64,000 nucleotides of DNA from an uncultured Actinomycetota bacterium. GTDB lineage: Bacteria; Actinomycetota; Actinomycetes; Mycobacteriales; Mycobacteriaceae. Shown here in pieces: positions 10,401-21,072 of the stretch. Both the position numbers and the translations under genes were made by a program. Each line of letters begins with the position of its first letter. Position 1 is the first letter of the stretch. The DNA lies in NCBI GenBank assembly GCA_963792745.1, contig CAWBXH010000005.1, positions 721,868-785,867 of the forward strand, given 5' to 3'. The notes under the pieces were generated by a model that did no database searches, had not been told where the DNA came from, and saw only the letters and a program-made list of their open reading frames with translations.

Positions 10401-10894
10401 CGCCGGGCGTGCGGGTGCTGGCCGTGCCCCACGACGGCAACTCCACCAGCAGCCCCGAGGAAGCCGCCGCGATCGTCGCCGAGATCGGCCGGCTGATCGG
10501 GACGGACTGGACCGACGAGGACGGCACCCGCCGCTTGCGCCAGGACGACGTACTGGTGGTCGCGCCGTACAACGCGCAGGTGCTTCTGCTGCGCGAACAC
10601 CTCGTGGCGGCGGGCCTCGACGGCGTCGACGTCGGCACGGTCGACAAATTCCAGGGCAGGCAGGCGCCGGTGGTGTTCATCTCGATGACGGCCTCGTCGA
10701 TCGACGACGTACCGCGCGGAATCGCGTTCCTGCTCAATCGGAATCGGCTCAACGTCGCGGTCAGCCGGGCCAAGTACGCCAGCGTCATCGTGCGCTCCGA
10801 ATCGCTCACCGAGTATCTGCCGTCGACCCCGGACCGGCTGATCGAGCTGGGCGCGTTTCTGTCACTCGCACCGTGTGATACACCCACGGGGTGA
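7484..10894 (+). CDS. TM0106/Rv1251c-type RecB-like nuclease + RNase H-like domain + SF1 (Upf1/DNA2-like) helicase
   Basis: YSASDL start, GFADFL...DTK PD-(D/E)xK-like motif, FFDFEG...YNRYDC RNase H-like segment, GPPGTGKT, LLGDPQQL, SYRMHP, GTVDKFQG, NRLNVAVSRA. Confidence 0.88.
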   Translation: MFVADDRVIYSASDLAAAARCEYALLRSFDARLGWGPPVAVEDELLARTVELGGEHEQRHLDELRAMTHETVAVIGRPDYTVAGLTAAAEATLWAVERRAPVIYQAAMFDGRFVGFADFLVFDGERYRLRDTKLARSVKVEALLQLAAYAETLAAAGVPVSDEVELVLGDTATVGYRVDELVPVYRPRRAALQRLLDGHLAGGTAVSWDDENVRACFRCPECALAVRARDDLLLVAGMRASQRARFIDAGVTTMTELSRHDGPVAELPARTVAALTAQARLQTMPRIDGKPPFEVTDTQPLNLLPDPNKGDLFFDFEGDPLWTADGRDWGLEYLWGVLEVGGAFRPLWAHDRESERQALVDFLAMVRKRRKRYPNMHIYHYAAYEKTALLRLAGRYGVGEDEVDDLLRSGTLVDLFPLVRKCIRVGAENYSLKTLEPLYMGAELRTGDVTTAADSINQYARYCDLRADGRGDEADIALKEIEEYNRYDCRSTHRLRDWLIKIAIESGVPPLGPQPVAEGVAVEDTDELARTLMAFAGDGVDSRTPEQTAVALMAAARGYHRREDKPFWWAHFDRLNNPVDEWGDTSDVFVAEKAEVVKDWHLPSSRARKNQRWVKLTGALEAGGLKGEVFALYNPPSPAGLADNPDRRAAGNAEITVVDDPSLPTEVTICEREPADGPFTQLPFALTPRSIVPTKKLRESIDAAAAEVGVRLPALPGTAIVDLLLRRTPRTRSGTPLPHTGDTPADITAALLDLDASYVAVHGPPGTGKTYTAARIIAALVNAHQWRVGVVAQSHAVVENLFRDLIKAGVDPARIAKKDSPADATWQVIDKDDYAAFIATNRGCVIGGTAWDFANDNRVAAASLELLVIEEAGQFCLANTIAVARAAKNLMLLGDPQQLPQVSQGHHPEPVDASALGWLVQGHRTLPEELGYFLDRSYRMHPAVCGPVSRLSYEGRLRSEEPLTASRRLDGNPPGVRVLAVPHDGNSTSSPEEAAAIVAEIGRLIGTDWTDEDGTRRLRQDDVLVVAPYNAQVLLLREHLVAAGLDGVDVGTVDKFQGRQAPVVFISMTASSIDDVPRGIAFLLNRNRLNVAVSRAKYASVIVRSESLTEYLPSTPDRLIELGAFLSLAPCDTPTG

Positions 10895-12249
10895 CCGAAA
10901 CGCTGACCGACCGGCTGGCCGCGATCGTCGGCGCCGCCCAGGTCAGCTCCGACCCCGACATTCTGGACGGCCGCAGCGTCGACCACACCGGCCGCTACCG
11001 CGGGCACGCCAGCGCGCTGGTGCGGCCCGGCACCGCGCAGGAGGTCGCCGACGTGCTGTGCGCCTGCCGCGACGCGGGCGCGCATGTCACCGTCCAGGGC
11101 GGCCGCACCTCGCTGGTGGCCGGAACGGTCCCCGAACACGACGACGTGCTGCTGTCCACCGAGCGGCTCAACGACGTCGGTGAGGTCGACGTCGTCGAGC
11201 GGCGGATACGCGTCGGCGCGGGTGCGACGCTGGCCGATGTACAGCGGGCAGCGATCAAGGCCGGGCTGGTGTTCGGCGTCGACATCGGCGCGCGGGACTC
11301 CGCCACCGTCGGCGGCATGGCGTCGACCAACGCAGGCGGCCTGCGCACGGTGCGCTACGGCAACATGGGCGAACAGGTCATCGGCCTCGATGTCGTGCTG
11401 CCCGACGGCTCAATAGTGCACCGGCACAGTCAAGTTCGTCAGGACAACACCGGATACGACCTGGCGGCGTTGTTCGTCGGCGCCGAAGGCACCCTCGGCG
11501 TGATCACGGGGCTCGACCTACGCTTGCACCCCACCCCGACGCACCGGGTGACCGCGGTCTGTGGCTTCGGCGACCTCGACGACCTGGTCGAGGCGGGCCG
11601 CGTGTTCCGCGACATGGACGGGATCGCCGCGCTGGAGTTGATCGACGCGCGGGCCAGTGCGCTGACCGCCGAACACCTCGGCGTGGGGGCTCCGGTCGAC
11701 GGCGCCTGGCAGCTGCTCATCGAACTCGCCAGCGATACCGACCAGACCGAGCAGCTGGCCGATGCGCTCGAACACGCGAAGCTGACCGGCGAACCGGCGG
11801 TCGGTATCGACGTCAACGCTCAGCAGCGACTGTGGCAGGTCCGCGAATCGGTTGCCGAGATCCTCGGCGCATACGGGCCGCCGCTGAAATTCGATGTGTC
11901 GCTTCCGTTGTCGGCGATCGCGACGTTCGCCCGCGAATCCGGCGAGCTGATCGCCGCACACGCCACGGATGCCATCCCCGTGCTGTTCGGCCACATCGGC
12001 GAGGGCAACCTGCACCTGAATGTGCTGCGGTGCGCGCTTGACGGAGACCGGGAGGCCGCACTGTATTCGGCGATGATGACGCTGATCGCCCAGTCCGGAG
12101 GCAACGTCAGCTCGGAGCACGGGGTCGGCAGCCGCAAACGCGACTACGTCGGCATGTCCCGCACGAACACCGACATTGCGGCGATGCGCACCGTCAAGAC
12201 CGCATTCGATCCGGCGGGCTACCTCAATGCGGCGGTGCTGTTCGGCTAG
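10891..12249 (+). CDS. FAD-binding oxidoreductase (GlcD / D-2-hydroxyacid dehydrogenase-like)
   Basis: [51 protein letters not shown] overlap with the upstream gene. Confidence 0.88.
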   Translation: MTETLTDRLAAIVGAAQVSSDPDILDGRSVDHTGRYRGHASALVRPGTAQEVADVLCACRDAGAHVTVQGGRTSLVAGTVPEHDDVLLSTERLNDVGEVDVVERRIRVGAGATLADVQRAAIKAGLVFGVDIGARDSATVGGMASTNAGGLRTVRYGNMGEQVIGLDVVLPDGSIVHRHSQVRQDNTGYDLAALFVGAEGTLGVITGLDLRLHPTPTHRVTAVCGFGDLDDLVEAGRVFRDMDGIAALELIDARASALTAEHLGVGAPVDGAWQLLIELASDTDQTEQLADALEHAKLTGEPAVGIDVNAQQRLWQVRESVAEILGAYGPPLKFDVSLPLSAIATFARESGELIAAHATDAIPVLFGHIGEGNLHLNVLRCALDGDREAALYSAMMTLIAQSGGNVSSEHGVGSRKRDYVGMSRTNTDIAAMRTVKTAFDPAGYLNAAVLFG

Positions 12250-14489
12250 TCGCCAGGCCTGGAGTGCCGCCCGCGGCTGGACGCGTCGTCGGGCTCGGCG
12301 CGCGAATGCCTGCCGTTGGGCGGGAACGGGTAGCGCTCCGGCTCGTCGTCGGTCAACCCATGGCGCGAGTGACGCTCGAAGGCGGCTTCATCCGGGCTCT
12401 CGTGATGGGCGTGGCTGCCGAAGTCCAGCGGGAAGTCGGGGCTGAGGATGTCGGGCCTGCGCGTTTCGCTGGGCGGTTCCGGCTCGCGATGCGGCTCAAC
12501 GCTGCTCAGCGGCTGGAATCGTTCCTCATCGTCGGTGTGAAAGCCGTTGTGGGCGAAACCGATCGGCTCGACGGACGGTTTCGGTGGCGGCACGTCGGCA
12601 AGGAAGTCGAACAGGCTGCGGCCGGTGTCGTGCCTATAGGTGGGTTCCTCCGCCGGCTCGACGGGCAGCGCGGACAACGGCTCGGCGGCGGGCATCGGCT
12701 CGGGCGGGTGATCGTCGAACAAACTGTGCCATGACTCGACGGGCTCGTCATGCCAGGCCTCCGCGGGAGGGGTGAGGAGGTGCTCTTGCCGCACCGCGAT
12801 CGGCTCGGTGTCGTCGTCGTCCTCCTCTGCGGCGTGGACGTCGGCGACCGGAGGAGCCACCAGCGCGACCGGGACGGCAGGCGCGGCCGGGACGGGCGGG
12901 CTGGATTCCGGATCGTGGTGCGGCACGGTGAACTCGATGTAATCGTCGTCGTCGACGTATGCGTCGTCCCAATAGTCTTCGGCATCACCGACTTCCGCGT
13001 CGGGCAGACGCCGGGCACGGGCCGGGCTGGCGAACCCGAGCAGGAACAGCGCCGCCACGACGCCGAACAGGGCGATGAACGCGGGCAGCAGCAGCGACTG
13101 AGACATCGCCGATGCGAACGGTGCGTGCAGGAACCCCGGAAGCTGCGTGACAGAGCCTTCGCCGCCGCTCGGCCCGTCGGCCTCCAGCGGCATCTCTGCG
13201 GTGATCCGCGTCGTCATGAACGCCGCCATGCTGGCGCTGCCGAGCACCGATCCGACCTGACGGGTGGCGTTGTAGACACCCGAACCGGCGCCCGCCAAAT
13301 GCGACGGCAGGTTGCGCGTCGCGGTGGCCGCCAGCGGTGACCAGATGAACGCCATGCCTACACCGGTCGCAGTCAGCGGCAACACAATTCGCCAGATCGG
13401 CGTGGTCGGCGTCATCTCAACGGAGAGCCACGTCAGCGCGACCGCGAGCATCGAGAAGCCGAAGCCGACGATCGGACGCGGATGCGATCGGTCGACGATC
13501 TTGCCGACCCAGGGGGCCAGCACCCCGGTGGCGATCGCCATCGGCGCGGTGAGCAACGCCGAGCGCGTCGGCGACAGCCCGCAGACCGCCTGCGCGTAGA
13601 ACATCACCGGCACGATCATCGCCGTCACGACGAAGCCGATGGTCGCGACGCCGAGGGTGGACAGGCTGAAGTCGCGATCGCGGAAGATGCCCAGCGGGAT
13701 GAGCGGCTCGTTGCGGTTGGCCTGCTGCCAGAAGACGAACGCGGCCATGAAGCCGGCACCGCCCGCCAGCGTGCCCCAGATCCACGGCGCCCAGTCGTGT
13801 GACTGCCCTTCCTGCAGGCCGAAGACGATCATGAACATGCCGATGCCGGACAGCAGCACACCGAGCAGGTCGAAGCCGTGCTTCTCGGTGGGCAGGATCG
13901 GGACCAACCAGAAGGCCAGCCCAAACCCGACGATTCCGATCGGGACGTTGACGAAGAAGATCCACTGCCAGCCGAGCCCGTCGACGAGCACGCCGCCTGC
14001 CAGCGGTCCGACCAGCGTGGCCACCCCAGCGGTGGCGCCCCACACACTCATCGCCACGCCGCGCCGCTCGGCGGGGAAGATGCGGGTGATGGTCGACAGG
14101 GTCTGCGGGGTGAGCAGGGCCGCGCCGACGCCCTGCACCACGCGGGCAGCGATCAGCATCCCGATGGTGCCTGACAGTCCGCACCACAGCGATGCGCCGG
14201 TGAACACCACGAGGCCGATCAGGTAGAGGTTCTTGGGCCCGTAGCGGTCGCCCAGCCGCCCGGCCAGCAGCAGGGGCACCGCGAACGCCAGGAGATACGC
14301 GCTGGTCACCCAGATCACCGCGTCGTAGCCGGCGTTCAGCTTCGTCATGATCGACGGGTTGGCCACCGCCACGATCGTCGCGTCGACCAGGATCATGAAG
14401 AAGCCGACCATCATGGCCCAGAGCGCATGCCACGGGTTCGCGGTCGGCGCGGCCCCACCCGCTGGCCGACCTCGCAGCGCCGTGGTCAT
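12246..14489 (-). CDS. DHA2 (14-TMS) MFS efflux pump, Rv1250-like, with a long acidic C-terminal tail
   Basis: [36 protein letters not shown] at 14489 preceded by GGTGGGG. About 240 aa of low-complexity tail. Confidence 0.9.
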   Translation of the reverse strand: MTTALRGRPAGGAAPTANPWHALWAMMVGFFMILVDATIVAVANPSIMTKLNAGYDAVIWVTSAYLLAFAVPLLLAGRLGDRYGPKNLYLIGLVVFTGASLWCGLSGTIGMLIAARVVQGVGAALLTPQTLSTITRIFPAERRGVAMSVWGATAGVATLVGPLAGGVLVDGLGWQWIFFVNVPIGIVGFGLAFWLVPILPTEKHGFDLLGVLLSGIGMFMIVFGLQEGQSHDWAPWIWGTLAGGAGFMAAFVFWQQANRNEPLIPLGIFRDRDFSLSTLGVATIGFVVTAMIVPVMFYAQAVCGLSPTRSALLTAPMAIATGVLAPWVGKIVDRSHPRPIVGFGFSMLAVALTWLSVEMTPTTPIWRIVLPLTATGVGMAFIWSPLAATATRNLPSHLAGAGSGVYNATRQVGSVLGSASMAAFMTTRITAEMPLEADGPSGGEGSVTQLPGFLHAPFASAMSQSLLLPAFIALFGVVAALFLLGFASPARARRLPDAEVGDAEDYWDDAYVDDDDYIEFTVPHHDPESSPPVPAAPAVPVALVAPPVADVHAAEEDDDDTEPIAVRQEHLLTPPAEAWHDEPVESWHSLFDDHPPEPMPAAEPLSALPVEPAEEPTYRHDTGRSLFDFLADVPPPKPSVEPIGFAHNGFHTDDEERFQPLSSVEPHREPEPPSETRRPDILSPDFPLDFGSHAHHESPDEAAFERHSRHGLTDDEPERYPFPPNGRHSRAEPDDASSRGRHSRPGD

Positions 14490-14753
14490 ATCCCCACCTC
14501 GTTTCGGCTCCCCTCGATGGTGTCGAGTTCTGAGCCTCGACGCCACCGAAGTTGGCCTGTTCGCAGGGACTCTACAAAGCTTCGCAGCCAGGCAATCCGC
14601 ACCCACGCGGCCGACAGCAAATTGTCCGGCCTCGGCCCTGCTGGGCCGACACGGCGCTGAGCTGCTTCAACGCCGCCAGATCGACAATTCGCTCGTTGGA
14701 CGCAGCTATGCGACCGTGAGCCACGAAGCTTGATGTCCCAATTTTCGATCTCT

Positions 14754-14774
14754 ATTACCCCTTTGACGGGTAAT
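14754..14774. promoter_or_regulatory. AT-rich inverted repeat, candidate operator or hairpin upstream of the DHA2 MFS gene
   Basis: ATTACCC-N7-GGGTAAT perfect 7-bp inverted repeat in the intergenic gap. Confidence 0.3.
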
Positions 14775-14811
14775 TTGCCCCGACGGTACGGATCAACCGC
14801 GGCAGTAACAA

Positions 14812-16065
14812 CTAGGCGGGTTCGGCGACCGCGTCCTCGACGACGGATTCGTCGGCGTCGTCAGCGGCCACGAAGCCCGCCCCGAGGAAGGCCAGCAGCG
14901 CGATCAGAACGCCCGCGGTCATCACGACCGCCAGCGCGATCTCGTCGTTCCCGAGCACGCCCACCACAGGGGCCACCGCCGCCCCGAGGCCGAACTGCGC
15001 GGCACCCAGCAGCGCGGCCGCTGTGCCCGCGGCGTCGGGGTGCCGGGACAGCGCCACCGCAGGCGCATTGGGGATGACCAAGCCCATCGCCGCCAGGATC
15101 GCCCACACCGGCACGACGAAGCCGGCCAGCCCGCCGACGTGCGCCACCGACAGCGCGACGAACACACCGCCGGCCAGCAGCGCAGCGGACAGTGCCCACA
15201 GCACGATCGTCTGCGGCGCGAACCGCTTCAGCAGCACGACGTTGAACTGCGTCGCTCCGATGAGCGCGACCGCACCGGCGCCGAACACCAGCGCGAAGGC
15301 CTGCTGGTCGAGCCCGAACCGGCCCTGCAGGACGAACGACGCGCCCGCGATGTAGGCGAACAGGCCCGACATCCCCAACGCCGCAACCAGCACCAGGATG
15401 ACGAACCGCGCATCGCGCAGCAGTTCCACATAGGTCGCCGCGATGCCGCGTACCCGCAAGGGTCTGCGGTGCGACAGCGGCAGCGTCTCGGGCAGCGCCA
15501 GCGCCGCCAACAGCAGCAGTGCGCCCGCCAGCACGACCAGGACGGCGAACACCCAATGCCATGACGCGTGCAGCAGCACGGCCGCGCCCAGCGACGGCGC
15601 CACGACCGGCGCCACCCCCAACACCAGCATCAGCCGAGACAGCACCGTGGCCGCCGCCGACTCTGCGAACAGGTCGCCCACCACGGCGATCGCGACCACC
15701 ATGGCCGCGGCCGCGCCGACGCCCTGCAGGACGCGGGCCAGGCCCAGCGTCACCAGATTCGGCGCCAGTATGCAGACCACCGACGCCACCATGTGCAGCA
15801 CGATGCCCGCCATCAGCGGCCGCCTGCGGCCCAGTGAGTCAGACAGCGGGCCGACGATCAGCTGGCCCAGCGCCAACCCGGCCAGCGTCCCGGTCAGGGT
15901 CAGCTGAACGACCGACGAGGAGACCGACAGGTCGTCGGCGATCTTGGGCAGCGCGGGCAGATACATGTCGATGGTCAGCGGACCCAGCGCGACCATGAGA
16001 CCCAGCAGCACGATCATCCGCGCGCGGCTGGGGGTCTTCACGTCCACAGCCTGGGATATTGCCAT
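14812..16065 (-). CDS. Bcr/CflA-family (DHA1) multidrug MFS transporter
   Basis: LGPLTIDMYLPALP, GPLSDSLGRR, APVVAPSLG, WHWVF, GLFAYIAG. Confidence 0.9.
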   Translation of the reverse strand: MAISQAVDVKTPSRARMIVLLGLMVALGPLTIDMYLPALPKIADDLSVSSSVVQLTLTGTLAGLALGQLIVGPLSDSLGRRRPLMAGIVLHMVASVVCILAPNLVTLGLARVLQGVGAAAAMVVAIAVVGDLFAESAAATVLSRLMLVLGVAPVVAPSLGAAVLLHASWHWVFAVLVVLAGALLLLAALALPETLPLSHRRPLRVRGIAATYVELLRDARFVILVLVAALGMSGLFAYIAGASFVLQGRFGLDQQAFALVFGAGAVALIGATQFNVVLLKRFAPQTIVLWALSAALLAGGVFVALSVAHVGGLAGFVVPVWAILAAMGLVIPNAPAVALSRHPDAAGTAAALLGAAQFGLGAAVAPVVGVLGNDEIALAVVMTAGVLIALLAFLGAGFVAADDADESVVEDAVAEPA

Positions 16066-16073
16066 GCAAATGG

Positions 16074-16085
16074 TTAGCACGCTAA
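16074..16085. promoter_or_regulatory. Palindromic operator candidate (MarR/TetR-like) just upstream of the Bcr/CflA start
   Basis: TTAGC-AC-GCTAA in an AT-rich context, 9-20 bp before the ATG at 16065. Confidence 0.35.
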
Positions 16086-16205
16086 ATCAATAATTTCTTC
16101 CCAGAGCGCCGCAGTGACCGCTGTCACGGCCGGGCACAAGCGTCCGCGGTCGCGCGTTGGACAAGCGTTAGCCTGAAGGCAACATCACCGCACCAGGAGG
16201 CCGCA

Positions 16206-16958
16206 ATGAGCGCTCGGTCCAAGGCCAAGAGCCAGCTCCCGGCTGCCAGAAACGGCGTTGACGAGAATCCCGGCGCCGCCGCGCGCGTGCTGTCGGAGAT
16301 CATCGAGCGCGGCGCTCGGGTACAGGGCCCTGCCGTCAGGGCATACGTCGATCGGGTGCGAGACGGCCGTCCCGACGCGCCGCCCGCCGAGATCGTCACC
16401 AAGCTGGAGAAGCAGTATCTGGCCGCGGTGATGGCCAGCGGTGCGGCCGTCGGCTCGGCGGCCGCGATCCCCGGGATCGGCACGCTCGCGGCGCTGTCGG
16501 CGGTGGCCGGTGAAACCGTGGTGTTCCTCGAGGCGACAGCGTTGTTCGTGCTCGCCGTCGCCGAGGTGCACGGGATACCGGCCGACCACCGCGAACGCAG
16601 GCGCGCTCTCGTGCTGGCCGTGCTGGTCGGCGAGGACAGCAGGCATGCGGTGGCCGAGCTGCTCGGTCCCGGCCGGACCAAGGGCGCGTGGCTGAGCGAC
16701 GGCGCGGCGACGCTGCCGCTGCCTGCGGTGTCGCAACTGAACACGCGCCTGCTGCGCTACTTCGTCAAGCGATATGCGCTCAAGCGCGGGGCGATCATGT
16801 TCGGCAAGTTGCTCCCCGTCGGCATCGGCGCCGTCGTGGGCGGTGTCGGTAACCGGTTGATGGGCAAGCGCATCATCGAAAACGCCCGCGCGGCGTTCGG
16901 GTCCCCGCCGCCGCGGTGGCCGTCGAAACTGCACGTGTTGCCGTCGCCGCAGGGCTGA
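16206..16958 (+). CDS. Conserved hypothetical protein, Rv1249c-like
   Basis: 250 aa with SD AGGAGG. Hydrophobic central helices (SGAAVGSAAAIPGIGT). Syntenic upstream of kgd. Confidence 0.75.
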   Translation: MSARSKAKSQLPAARNGVDENPGAAARVLSEIIERGARVQGPAVRAYVDRVRDGRPDAPPAEIVTKLEKQYLAAVMASGAAVGSAAAIPGIGTLAALSAVAGETVVFLEATALFVLAVAEVHGIPADHRERRRALVLAVLVGEDSRHAVAELLGPGRTKGAWLSDGAATLPLPAVSQLNTRLLRYFVKRYALKRGAIMFGKLLPVGIGAVVGGVGNRLMGKRIIENARAAFGSPPPRWPSKLHVLPSPQG

Positions 16959-16964
16959 GAGCCC

Positions 16965-17100
16965 CTCAGCGATTAGCGCCCTTGTGGCGTCCGGGCGATC
17001 GCGAAAGCGCTAGCCTTTAGGCGGCGTATATGCGGGTAACCGCAGGCTGAAAGGAATACATACGGGCGAGCGTCCGTGCGGACACTTGCCGAACAGAAGG
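16965..17100 (+). ncRNA. Candidate structured leader or small RNA upstream of kgd
   Basis: Several stems: GCGAT/ATCGC with CGCCC/GGGCG (16969-17002), CGC-GAAA-GCG (17000-17009), TGCGG-GTAA-CCGCA (17031-17044), GTCCG-TG-CGGAC (17072-17083). Two GNRA tetraloops. Confidence 0.35.
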
Positions 17101-17120
17101 AATCGAGGCGAGTAGCTGCC

Positions 17121-20100
17121 GTGAGCAGTTCAACTTCACCATTCGGACAGAACGAGTGGTTGGTCGAGGAGATGTACCGCAAATTTCGCGAAGATCCCTC
17201 CTCGGTCGATCCGAGTTGGCATGAATTTCTAGTCGACTACTCGCCCGAATCGACCGCAGAGACATCTGGCAACTCAGGCAATTCATCGAGCAGCGCCGGC
17301 GACGGACGGGCATCGGCACCCACCGCACCCCCCGAGCCGCGGCCTGCCCCCGCACCGAAGCCCGTCGAGGGTAATGGCGCCCCAGCCGCGAAGACCGAGT
17401 CCGCACCCGCGAAGACCGAGCCGACCCCAGCCAAGCCCGAGCCGAGCCCAGCCAAGTCCGAGGCGGCCCCCGCCAAACCCAAAGCGGCAGAGGCGAAACC
17501 GGCCGAGAAGACCGCTCCCGCCGCCGACGGCGACGAGGCGCAGGTGCTGCGCGGTGCGGCCGCGGCCGTCGTGAAGAACATGTCGGCGTCATTGGACGTG
17601 CCGACGGCGACCAGCGTGCGCGCCATCCCGGCCAAGCTGATGATCGACAACCGCATCGTCATCAACAACCACCTCAAGCGCACCCGCGGCGGCAAGATCT
17701 CGTTCACCCACCTGCTCGGCTACGCGATCGTGCAGGCGGTCAAGAAGTTCCCGAACATGAACCGGCACTACGCCGAGGTGGACGGAAAGCCCAACGCCAT
17801 CACCCCGGCCCACACCAACCTGGGCCTTGCCATCGACCTGCAGGGCAAAGAGGGTGCGCGTCAGCTGGTGGTGGCGGGCATCAAGGGCGCCGAGTCGATG
17901 CGGTTCGGCCAGTTCATCGCCGCCTACGAGGACATCGTGCGGCGCGCGCGCGACGGCAAGCTGACCGCCGAGGACTTCTCCGGCGTGACGATCTCGCTGA
18001 CCAACCCCGGCACCATCGGCACCGTGCACTCGGTGCCGCGGCTGATGCGCGGCCAGGGCGCGATCATCGGCGTCGGTGCGATGGAGTACCCCGCGGAGTT
18101 CCAAGGGGCCAGCGCGGAACGCATCGCCGACCTGGGCATCGGCAAGCTGGTCACGCTCACCTCCACCTACGACCACCGCATCATCCAAGGCGCCGAGTCC
18201 GGTGACTTCCTGCGCACCGTGCACGAGATGCTGCTCTCCGACGACTTGTTCGACGAGATCTTCCGCGAGCTGGGCATCCCCTACGAGCCGGTGCGGTGGC
18301 GCACCGACAACCCGGACTCGATCGAGGACAAGAACGCCCGCGTCATCGAGCTGATCGCGGCCTACCGCAACCGCGGGCACCTGATGGCCGACATCGACCC
18401 GCTGCGGCTGGACAAGAGCCGGTTCCGCAGCCACCCCGACCTCGACGTGAACACCCACGGCCTGACGTTGTGGGACCTGGACCGGGTGTTCATGGTCAAC
18501 GGCTTCGCGGGCGCCGAACACAAGAAGCTGCGCGACGTGCTCGGCCTGCTGCGCGATTCGTACTGCCGCCACGTCGGCGTCGAGTACACCCACATCCTGG
18601 AGCCCGAGCAGCAGAAGTGGCTCGAGGAGCGCGTCGAGGTCAAGCACGAGAAGCCCACCGTCGCGCAGCAGAAGTACATCTTGAGCAAGCTGAATGCGGC
18701 TGAGGCGTTCGAGACCTTCCTGCAGACCAAATACGTTGGGCAGAAGCGGTTCTCGCTCGAGGGTGCGGAAAACCTCATTCCGATGATGGACGCGGCGATC
18801 GACCAGGCCGCCGAGCATGGGCTCGACGAGGTGGTCATCGGCATGCCACACCGCGGCAGGCTCAACGTGCTGGCCAACATCGTCGGCAAGCCGTACTCGC
18901 AGATCTTCAGCGAGTTCGAGGGCAACCTGAACCCGTCGCAGGCGCACGGCTCCGGTGACGTGAAGTACCACTTGGGCGCCAACGGCACCTATCTACAGAT
19001 GTTCGGCGACAACGACATTGCGGTTTCGCTGGTCGCCAACCCTTCGCACCTGGAGGCGGTCGACCCGGTTCTCGAGGGCATCGTCCGGGCCAAGCAGGAC
19101 CTGCTGGACATCGAGCGGGGAGCCGACGGGTCGGAAGAATTTCCCGTGGTGCCGATGATGCTGCACGGCGACGCGGCGTTCGCCGGTCAGGGCGTGGTAG
19201 CCGAGACGCTGAACCTGGCGCTGCTGCGGGGGTACCGCACCGGCGGCACGATCCACATCATCGTCAACAACCAGATCGGTTTCACCACTTCGCCTTCCGA
19301 CGCCAAGTCATCGGAGTACTGCACCGACGTCGCGAAGATGATCGGCGCGCCGATCTTCCACGTCAACGGCGACGACCCCGAGGCCGCGGTGTGGGTGGCG
19401 CGGCTGGCGATGGACTTCCGGCAGAAGTTCAAGAAGGACGTCGTCATCGACATGCTGTGCTACCGCAGGCGCGGTCACAACGAAGGCGACGACCCGTCGA
19501 TGACGCAGCCCGCGATGTACGACGCCATCGACACCAAGCGCGGCGTCCGCAAGACCTACACCGAATCGTTGATCGGCCGCGGCGACATCTCGATGAAGGA
19601 AGCCGAGGACGCCCTTCGCGACTACCAGGGCCAGCTGGAGCAGGTCTTCAACGAGGTCCGCGAGCTCGAGAAGCACGAGATCGAGCCGAGCGAGTCGGTG
19701 GAGTCCGACCAGATGCTGCCCGCCGGCATGGACACCGCCGTCGACAAGTCGATGCTTGCCCGCATCGGCGACGCCCACCTCGCCGTGCCCGACGGCTTCA
19801 CCGTGCACTCGAGGGTCAAACCGGTGCTGGAGAAGCGCCGGGAGATGGCCTACGAAGGCAAGGTCGACTGGGCGTTCGCGGAACTGCTCGCACTGGGTTC
19901 GCTGATCGCCGAGGGCAAGCTGATCCGGCTGTCCGGCCAGGACACCAGGCGAGGCACCTTCACGCAGCGGCACTCGGTGGTCATCGACCGCAAGACCGGC
20001 GCGGAGTTCACCCCGCTGCAGCTGCTGGCCACCAACTCCGACGGTCAACCGACCGGTGGCAAGTTGATGGTGTACGACTCGGCGCTGTCCGAATACGCCG

Positions 20101-20921
20101 CGGTGGGCTTCGAATACGGCTACTCGGTCGGCAACCCCGAGGCAGTTGTGTTGTGGGAGGCGCAATTCGGCGACTTCGTCAACGGGGCGCAGTCGATCAT
20201 CGACGAGTTCATCTCCTCGGGGGAGGCCAAGTGGGGTCAGCTGTCGGACGTCGTGCTGCTGCTGCCGCACGGCCACGAGGGCCAGGGCCCCGACCACACC
20301 TCGGGCCGCATCGAGCGGTTCCTGCTGCTGTGGGCCGAGGGCTCGATGACCATCGCGATGCCGTCGACGCCGGCGAACTACTTCCATCTGCTGCGGCGCC
20401 ACGCTCTGGACGGCATCCATCGTCCGCTGATCGTGTTCACGCCGAAGTCGATGCTGCGCAACAAGGCTGCCGTCAGCGACATCCGCGACTTCACCGAGCA
20501 GAAGTTCCGCTCGGTGATGGAGGAGCCGACCTACACCGACGGTGACGGTGACCGCGGCAAGGTCAGGCGGATACTGCTGACCAGCGGCAAGATCTACTAC
20601 GAGCTGGTGGCGCGCAAGGCCAAGGACAACCGCGAGGACGTGGCGATCGTGCGGATCGAGCAGCTCGCACCGCTGCCGCGGCGGCGGCTGAACGAGACGC
20701 TGGACGGCTATCCCAACGCCGAGCAGTTCTTCTGGGTGCAGGAGGAGCCTGCCAACCAGGGCGCCTGGCCGACGTTCGGGCTGACGATGCCCGAGCTGCT
20801 GCCCGACAAGTTGACCGGACTGAAGCGGATCTCCCGGCGCGCCATGTCGGCGCCGTCGTCGGGCAGCTCGAAGGTGCACGCGGTCGAGCAGCAGGAGATC
20901 ATCGACGAGGCGTTCGGCTAG
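17121..20921 (+). CDS. kgd: Multifunctional 2-oxoglutarate decarboxylase/dehydrogenase (E2-E1 fusion)
   Basis: [13 protein letters not shown]-terminus, E2-like domain ([16 protein letters not shown]), [22 protein letters not shown]-binding motif, [19 protein letters not shown]. Confidence 0.97.
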   Translation: MSSSTSPFGQNEWLVEEMYRKFREDPSSVDPSWHEFLVDYSPESTAETSGNSGNSSSSAGDGRASAPTAPPEPRPAPAPKPVEGNGAPAAKTESAPAKTEPTPAKPEPSPAKSEAAPAKPKAAEAKPAEKTAPAADGDEAQVLRGAAAAVVKNMSASLDVPTATSVRAIPAKLMIDNRIVINNHLKRTRGGKISFTHLLGYAIVQAVKKFPNMNRHYAEVDGKPNAITPAHTNLGLAIDLQGKEGARQLVVAGIKGAESMRFGQFIAAYEDIVRRARDGKLTAEDFSGVTISLTNPGTIGTVHSVPRLMRGQGAIIGVGAMEYPAEFQGASAERIADLGIGKLVTLTSTYDHRIIQGAESGDFLRTVHEMLLSDDLFDEIFRELGIPYEPVRWRTDNPDSIEDKNARVIELIAAYRNRGHLMADIDPLRLDKSRFRSHPDLDVNTHGLTLWDLDRVFMVNGFAGAEHKKLRDVLGLLRDSYCRHVGVEYTHILEPEQQKWLEERVEVKHEKPTVAQQKYILSKLNAAEAFETFLQTKYVGQKRFSLEGAENLIPMMDAAIDQAAEHGLDEVVIGMPHRGRLNVLANIVGKPYSQIFSEFEGNLNPSQAHGSGDVKYHLGANGTYLQMFGDNDIAVSLVANPSHLEAVDPVLEGIVRAKQDLLDIERGADGSEEFPVVPMMLHGDAAFAGQGVVAETLNLALLRGYRTGGTIHIIVNNQIGFTTSPSDAKSSEYCTDVAKMIGAPIFHVNGDDPEAAVWVARLAMDFRQKFKKDVVIDMLCYRRRGHNEGDDPSMTQPAMYDAIDTKRGVRKTYTESLIGRGDISMKEAEDALRDYQGQLEQVFNEVRELEKHEIEPSESVESDQMLPAGMDTAVDKSMLARIGDAHLAVPDGFTVHSRVKPVLEKRREMAYEGKVDWAFAELLALGSLIAEGKLIRLSGQDTRRGTFTQRHSVVIDRKTGAEFTPLQLLATNSDGQPTGGKLMVYDSALSEYAAVGFEYGYSVGNPEAVVLWEAQFGDFVNGAQSIIDEFISSGEAKWGQLSDVVLLLPHGHEGQGPDHTSGRIERFLLLWAEGSMTIAMPSTPANYFHLLRRHALDGIHRPLIVFTPKSMLRNKAAVSDIRDFTEQKFRSVMEEPTYTDGDGDRGKVRRILLTSGKIYYELVARKAKDNREDVAIVRIEQLAPLPRRRLNETLDGYPNAEQFFWVQEEPANQGAWPTFGLTMPELLPDKLTGLKRISRRAMSAPSSGSSKVHAVEQQEIIDEAFG
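17388..17513 (+). repeat. Degenerate 21-bp (7-aa) tandem repeat in the Kgd linker
   Basis: [41 protein letters not shown]. Confidence 0.6.
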
Positions 20922-20931
20922 CCAAATTCCG

Positions 20932-20991
20932 GCGAGCGTGCGTGTCTGCGGCCGACACGCCGCAAGTTGACGGCATTTTGCGCACGCTCGC
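20932..20991. repeat. 60-bp intergenic palindromic unit
   Basis: GCGAGCGTGCG (20932-20942) / CGCACGCTCGC (20981-20991) perfect 11-bp inverted repeat. The spacer shares GACACGCCGC with the unit at 7373. Confidence 0.8.
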
Positions 20992-21072
20992 GGCGGACGG
21001 GAGGCCGCTGTACGCGCTACCGGCGGTACCGGCTAGCCTCGTCCGGGTCGGTCGACATCGAGGGGTGCGGAC

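Noticed and set aside
7484-10894. RecB/Cas4-like nuclease-helicase as a CRISPR or novel defence system
   Set aside because: No array or partner genes, and it occupies the conserved Rv1251c position in core synteny. Kept only as an uncharacterised enzyme.
14490-14750. Known riboswitch (TPP, cobalamin, glycine, c-di-AMP, SAM-IV, M-box) in the MFS leader
   Set aside because: None of the hallmark conserved strings could be found by eye. An Rfam scan would be needed.
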